A stretch of DNA of 56,796 nucleotides, counting the filler, from Sphacelaria rigidula (Eukaryota), in NCBI GenBank assembly GCA_964200075.2. It is 6 parts of 6 records of this genome, joined end to end, with 100 filler letters (N's around TTAATTAATTAA, not from the genome) between each part and the next. Parts side by side here need not be neighbours in the genome. Positions count along the whole stretch, not along the records: positions 47,416 to 56,796 come from CAXNAA020008626.1; 5 more parts are not named here. One strand, 5' to 3'. Shown piece after piece: positions 49,925-56,796 of the stretch; within the stretch, counting starts at the first letter, position 1; each line of letters opens with the position of its first letter. The position numbers were made by a program, and so were the translations under genes. Under the pieces are notes generated by a model that made no database searches, had not been told where the DNA came from, and worked only from the letters and a program-made list of their open reading frames with translations.

Positions 49925-50022
49925 CCCTTAGACCGCAAGGTTAGTCTTCTGTTGAATCGGCATCAATTTCAAGTGAAAAACAGTATGCATGATCCAGAAA
50001 GACTATTCTCGCGGTCTAAGGG
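49925..50022 (+). mobile_element. 98-bp piggyBac-type MITE, copy 3
   Basis: TTAA at 49921-49924 and 50023-50026; ~24-bp TIR CCCTTAGACCGC... Confidence 0.9.
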
Positions 50023-50418
50023 TTAAATGTTGGTTATGAATTAGAACAACTTGAGACAGAATGACGGTGTTAACACCCTACAGTCATGCGAACCCAACAA
50101 TAATTTCCGATTAACATTGAACAAGACCACGGGCCCTGTGCATAGGAAACTCCTTACCACGAGTTTTGCTCCTAGTGTGATGGTAAATGACTGAGTACCT
50201 AAATTAAACTAGTTCTTTGGGGATGCAGATGATCCCCAGAAACAACCGGCGGGTATTGAAAGATTCTAGTCGAATGTGTGTTGTATAAGGCAGGATTTAG
50301 ATCATTATATTCTTTGACGCTGCTTGAAGGTAGATACAAGTTTGTACCCGATTAGCCGCGTGTACCTGCTACTACTACAGCGTTGATTGGCTAAAGGCAC
50401 AGCACGTCACGGTGGTTT

Positions 50419-51025
50419 TGTATTATGACGAGGTTGTAAGCGGGGCAGACGGACGTACCGATAGAACAGCTGCCCCCAGCTGTTCTACCCACCTGTCTCA
50501 CTCGACACCCCCGACCACAGTCTTCAGGCCTCATTGGATATAAAGAAGAGCTTTTACTCGTCATCTACCCATCGATCTCCTGTCTTCAGTGTCGCGAGTC
50601 CACAGCCTTGACGTGAGTCTTAGCTGTGCTGTACGATCGCCCTCATAAACGAATTGATATTGTATTCTGGCTTCGGGGCTGCGTGGCCTTCCCCTTTGAC
50701 AGCTGGGCTACTGTATTGAGAGTTTGAAACAGCAGTTTGAGTGTAGCAAGTCGAACCAGGATCGCTTGTTGACACCTCACAAGGGTGTGGCTGCGTTGCT
50801 GCGTTCGGCGTATACGGTTTTACTGCTTGCGGTATTGCCTATACCGCCACATTGTGGGGCTTCATAGGTAGCTTGTTTCATTCAAGCTGTACGTTTTTCT
50901 TTCTCGATCGGCCGTTGCTTACACACAGCCAAACACCTGCTCACGGTTTTCTCTCCGACACCTTGTATTTCGGCCCTTGTTTTCACTACTTGATATTTGT
51001 GTACACGATTTAGCGGTATAATACA
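50419..51025 (+). repeat. Putative 5' LTR (607 bp)
   Basis: Perfect 8-bp terminal inverted repeat TGTATTAT...ATAATACA; TATA-like GATATAAAG at about 50537; upstream of gag-pol remnants. Confidence 0.65.
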
Positions 51026-54000
51026 CCAAGCTAATCAGACAGCTTCTTAGACAGCTGTCTCTCTCTTACTCGGAATTTAACGGGCATCCCGACTCGAGCT
51101 AGCTGCAGGTGTTCGATGTGTCATACAGTCCCCACGTTGGTTTCAGGCAACGGCGATCGAACCATCAGGCGCTTCAGGTACGAACGCACACGCAAGCCCT
51201 CTTTTGCTGCACAAGAATATTCCCCGCAACCTGAAGGTCATATCGATGGTACAAGCCAACCCACTGTGGCGGATGCGCTCTCTCTGGTAACCTTATACAC
51301 TGCACAGAGAACGCATTGCGTTCTCATGCACACTCGGTCTGATGTGCTGTATCCTTTTTCACCCACGGGCAGTTGTTGGATAATAAAGCCGCTCACACGT
51401 TCCTTGTTTAGATACGCCCCTTACGGGCCCGTAGCTTTTTCAACGCCCCCCCGACCACCTGCCCCCGCAGGCGCCCCTCCTCACAGTCCGTCGATTCTGT
51501 ATCAACCGAATCGACCGACTTGTGTCCCAACACACGCCGATTCAGGCTTGCAGATAGGGAGTTCGCGGGCTATTTCAATCGCCGCCCGCTGTGCATACGC
51601 CTTCTCTTGCCTAAACACGGAACGTTGAGCCACCATGTGCACCAAATCATGTCGATGCGACATGATGGACCAGGATTGAGAATGATGTTTGTACACGAGC
51701 ATGGTTGAACACGGTGAGGCGCGATGCTCATGTTACTTGTACATAAGCTCTCGACTCTGTACTCTTTTGACTTACACGGCACCAGGGCACACTAAAGTTT
51801 GATTGGCACCCCACCAACACGCACTACAGTACATACTTGATCGTCCAGAGGGTCGCGTACCTTTCGCGTTGAAGTATTGTTCCGAATTGAAGTACTGACC
51901 ACAGTACAGTACCGTCTGAGTTCCAAATGGTCTCGGCGGGCAATACGCTGCGGACGGCGACGTACCGTGGTGCACATACGTTGTTACTGCTGCACTATCT
52001 GAACGAAATCATCTTTATTGCATTGTAGTTATGAACACGGCGCGGATATAGCGGGTGTCGGGTGTTCTTCGTGTAATACGAACGAATTGACGTCGGTACA
52101 GCACCATTGACCCGACCCTCCGCTACCTCACGCGAAGATCATATGTACTGTAGTGTGCCACCGTGCATCTTACTGTCTGGTGCTTTGCACGCTGCTGTTG
52201 TACTGCACTACCTATTGTATTACGGTTGCGCTTGTACATTTATTGACTGTGTACCTGCACGATGATACGTCATCGATCCCCGACTCCGCTATTTTATCTA
52301 ACTACGCGGTGCTGCAATAAGTATCACCAGCTGCGCTGGTGTTGCCTCTGGAAACACGGCATCCGGTAGTTATTTGTTTTCTCGGCCTCAACGTGTTCTT
52401 AAAATAGAATTGAGCGGTTTGACGCCGCTGTTCGCTGTATCCCATACGTCTCTTCCTTCGTGGCATGCAGGTTTGTTAATGCCCTGTTGCGCTGGTGACA
52501 GACGCTGTATGTCTGTTGATTGTGACAACCTTCGTTTTCTTGTCTCTTGCTGTTACAATTTATTCCAACACACACACACACACACGGTTCGTTGTGTCAG
52601 TTTTACATATTTGTTTTCCTTTCGTATGCGCCTGATTGAAAAGGTGGTAGACCTCATGCATGTGCGGAGTGCGCGGAACTACATGTCGATCGCAGATCGA
52701 CAGTACCCTGCCACTCTATTCCTTTTATTTTGTTCACTCCGCCTCAGTCGTCAACAACTATGCTGTCTCCCACGACGAAACGTTCACTTTTCAACCCTCG
52801 CATCCCTACGTCAACGATCTGGCGCAAATGCGCAGGTGTACAAGCCATGTCTGATATCAACCGCCCTTCGACTTCATCGGAGCACGATGTCACGAAGGAC
52901 GGGTCGCTCCCTACAGACCATGGTGAACAACCGTACAAATTCACCACGCGTAGTGAGACGAGTGACCAAAACGAACCAGAACGTTGCGACGTTGATGATA
53001 GCGTCGTTGCAGGACTAATTTTAGTGACGTGAGTGTGGATAAAGACAATCCTCCTCCACATGCCCATCCTAACCCCATCGGTGCCCACTCCCCTGTACAC
53101 CGACCAGCCACTCAAAGCGCTGACGGTGTTTCCACTCTTCTTTCTCAGATGGCATCACTCCACGTGAACCCTGATGCTGCGAAAACCTTCCCTGACAATG
53201 ACCTCCGCACCCAAACACGTGCTGAACTCTCTGATCGCCCCACTCTGGCTTTTGATACGTCGCCCAAATTGGAACAATACCTGCCCACGCGTGACGAAAC
53301 ACACGACCGGCTTCGGCAAAAGCGTCCAGCCTTCATTCCCGCCATTGGTACAACGTTTCAAAGGCTGAACAGACAGCGTACTGGAATCACATCCGCGGCA
53401 ACGATCTAGCACACATTGGAGTTTGCCCGCCTATAGGTATCTACAAGTGTCCAGGAGCCCGCTCAGGTTTCCCATCATGTAGATGTCCACCCCGAGAAGA
53501 AGCTAACGGAACAGAATGAAGTAGAACGCGCAATCCGCGAATCCACGAAGGCTCTGGAAATTGCGGAGCAAGAATATAAGCTGTTGACGAAAAGACACTT
53601 GGAAGCTTCGCGTCATTTTGGACTGTGTTGGCGAGTCTGGCAATCACATCTGCGTTCGCACGGTCGCCTGCTCCTCCCCAGAGGCGACAACTGATTCACT
53701 GCCTGACCCACCTGACCTGGCACACTTTCAACCACATGCACAGGCCCATTCACAAAACGGTAGACGTTTACACATGAGTCGACCTAGTGCCGCGGCTGAA
53801 GCCCGCCAGGGCGGTATCCACACAGCACTGATGTTCACCTCACAACTTGACAACCTTTTGGAAACGTTCTACAAGTTCCGGAGATTTCAAATAGCATACA
53901 GTGGGGTAACCCAGGACGCGTTGCTTAGCCCAAAACCTAAGCCCCGCCACCTGCCTGTTTATTTTCCTACTTCTGTAATTCATTTCTCATTCGTTGGTAC

Positions 54001-55559
54001 AATCCCACAATTAGAAATGAACAATGACCGGTAATTCACTGCAGAAGTATCCATCAATTTTATGTCAACCATTTGTTTTTAGCTCGGCCAGGTCACACCC
54101 ATCGCACGCACGAATCAGCGGTGGCCACCGCGGGTTCAACCACGTGGTGTGGGTTCCCTTGATATGCTTAGACTGCCTTGAAGGGTTCCAAGACAGTCGA
54201 AGCCCGTGCACCGTTGCATGGCTATCAATTGAGCAGTGACCAAACCCAACGTTTTAACCCTGGAGTTGATCACCCAGTTTTACATTCACCAGGTACTAAT
54301 CATATTCAATCGAATCTCCTCCCTTCGAAGGAGAGGAAGTCATTTAGCGCAGTTTCTCACGCATCAGGAGCCGAAATATCTTCTGATACGATGGGCACTG
54401 CTGCTCCAACCGTTCATCGGTGAACACAAAATTCAAAGCCACACACTCAAGCACCCCCCAACTGCTCAAGTGCCCGGCTAACCACCCTACCGAGTTCCGC
54501 AGAAACTACGGTACCCGGTTCCCTTTTATTTGATGAGCGTATTTATTCCTTGATGGATCACAACCGCAAAGAACCCATGCTTTCCGTCGCTCAGCGGGTT
54601 GGAATGGAACCCCAAGTGACAGCGACTCAGGTGGTGCGCCAAGAGCGTGACCTAGGTTCGACTGTCCAAGAACCTATTTCAATAACTCCTGGAGCCGCCG
54701 ATCCTTTCGTGCGCTACACGCGTAACCAGAGACGGGCTCCTCCAGATGATCATGTAGATAACCCTGATGTAGCGAGCACACGTGAACTCCAAGGAGGAGA
54801 TTGCGTGTGGGCTCAGACAGATGAAAACATTAGAGTGGAACAGGCCGGTACTCCCCAGATTTCGAACAGATCGTTACTGCTCCCTAACCACCCCGCGTGC
54901 ACTACGTTAGAACCCATTTCCGATGAAGCGTTGCCGTCTGTAGGGACAGAGACTTCGCCGACTCAGGGACGTTCGCATCCTAGTCATGAACGCACCTCAA
55001 TCGTGTGTTCGTCACCAGGCAAACAACATGTTACGCAAGACGACTCGTCTCCTAACTCGCCCACGTTGGCCCCTTTAATAGATGCCGGGTTGAACAGTAC
55101 AGCTTTCCCAACCCCGTGTCCTGACGAATCGTCTCCGAAACCTCCCACGTTGGCCCTAACTAGTGATGGTATTGAGTTGATTGGCGTATCAAACTCAACA
55201 CCGCGCCCCGATGAATCGTCCCTTGTTCCGACCAAGCTGGATAATGTAATTGATCCCGCTTTGCACAATGACGATTCGCCCCCTCTGTTGGCCAATAAGG
55301 GTGAAACACCAAGCACAGACCAGTTGTCGGGTCCAACCACGGCAACTGCCCTTCCTGGCATCGCCCCTCCGTTGCAGTATATGAGATTCAACCCTCGACT
55401 GACGAGACAAATATTCTAGGCACAAACACTGACACTCCATGCACGCACCACCCTTCCGACCAAAAGCTTGTCCCACAGGATCATAAACGGGTGTATTTTA
55501 GCACATTTGTTCAAAACGCGAAGCAGGATATGTCAGATGTCTTGCCCGAATTTCGGGCC

Positions 55560-56796
55560 CGATCTCGTCGGTGGTACTGTAACTCTGGATGATGCTTCTT
55601 TTACGACTAAAATAGGTGTACATAGTGGAGCCCGTGCAAACTGTCATTTGATAGCTCTTGCACTACCAGACTCTGGTTCGCCTCAAACGTTCATCACAGC
55701 CAGCTGCTGGCAACAGATGACCCACACGGGTGCGGCGGACGAGCATTGTCTGTCCACCGTGCACCCCCGTGTTTCCGGTGGCTTTGGTTCCTCCGCATGT
55801 CTTACGGTCAATCAATCGGTGAGACTAAGTGTACAATTCTACCAGGATATTACCCCCACTGCTCGGTTGTCCGTATGGGCGAATTGTGCCCGACGGTTCC
55901 ATGTCTTTTGATGTTTTGTTGGGTCGAGATAGTTGGCTTCGTTTTTCCACACACGCGTTTACAACGGACACACTTGTCCCGAACCGTCCAGTCACAGGCA
56001 AACTGTCACTGGGTCACTTCGACACTGATTCGGGAGCTCATGCTCATGAGGATGACCCCACGCAAACAGGTAATGCTTTCCGTCTGTACTATGTTGGTGA
56101 ACCGGTAGTCTCGCTTTCTCGTGAACCCCAACTAATTCAAGTGAACCTCGTGAGACGCAATGGATCGCCCGCCCTCACAGGACATTATTTGGTCGAGTTG
56201 CTCAAACCTGACCAAGCACAGGTTGGTCCGTTTGAACAGACTGAAGTCTTTGTCCACGAAGGTAGGCAGGCCATTTACCTTACGTCCCCTGCATGTTCCG
56301 ATATACTCAACGGTCAGTCGTTGGGTTATGCTCAAGCGCCTCTCGTACGAACCGCCCTGTCAGATGTGTGCCCCCCGGCGAACAACAACTCGCCGACCGA
56401 CCCCCCGAAATCCACGGCCCCCCCTACGCTACACATGCCTGACCCCATGGTGGTGACAAACCCACCAGATGCGCCTGACCCTCAACCCCCGACTGTATTT
56501 CAGGATAGATGTTCTTCAGAACAACGCGCCAATTTTCAAAAGTTGTGGAATGACATTCCCCCTCACTTACGGCATATTGTTTTTGATCTATCTGGCGATG
56601 GTTGGACACCCACTGAAATCGATAGATTGAGATCCATCTTGCTTAGATATTCTGAACGCTTTTCTACTCCACCCTTGGATTTAGGTCGATGTACCACGAC
56701 ACCGTTTAAGATCAAGATTCCTGATGGCACTCCGCCTATCGCTATGCGTCCGTACCGTACGAACCCCCTCTTAGCGGATAAGATCCAGGTAATTCT
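55560..56796 (+). pseudogene. pol (protease, linker, RT N-terminus), frameshifted, cut by window end
   Basis: Frameshift near 55880 (WA/VPDG) and further breaks; about 100 clean codons at 56497-56796. Confidence 0.85.

Larger units (their letters stand above)
50419..56796 (+). mobile_element. Ty3/Gypsy LTR retrotransposon, 5' part (LTR, leader, decayed gag, protease, start of RT)
   Basis: ALPDSGSPQTFI (D at about 55669)...GGFG...VRLSVQF...LLGRDSW; NLVRRNGSPALTGHYLVEL; LWNDIPPHLRHIVFDL...DLGRCTTTPFKIKIPDGTPPIAMRPYRTNP. The protease-then-RT order is Gypsy-type. Confidence 0.88.

Noticed and set aside
37934-56796. Two Gypsy elements arranged divergently, as if one locus
   Set aside because: They are separated by an artificial spacer and lie on different contigs.

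Overview
Eukaryotic, transposon-rich DNA, probably from a brown alga (Phaeophyceae); this is inferred from the PPR style, splice signals and TE families, not proven. The window is not one locus. It is six contigs of 9384, 9384, 9383, 9382, 9382 and 9381 bp joined by 100-nt N/TTAATTAATTAA spacers, i.e. apparently size-sorted, so adjacency across gaps means nothing. Host genes: the first two exons of a probably mitochondrion-targeted P-class PPR gene (5751-8528, +), the last three or four exons of an unknown Ser/Thr/Pro-rich gene (23988-27697, -) and one orphan exon (36045-36194, +). The rest is mobile DNA: an intron-containing PIF/Harbinger transposase relic with a nested hAT element and a mariner-like element, a Harbinger-derived MITE, piggyBac-type MITEs (TTAA), tRNA-derived SINEs, CGGATC-ended elements carrying telomere-like repeats, two probable Plavaka-like relics, foldback elements and two related Ty3/Gypsy LTR retrotransposons. 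The most interesting signal is a PWWP/Tudor-like domain at what appears to be the C-terminus of a Gypsy pol (46983-47315), a candidate chromatin-reading integration-targeting module.
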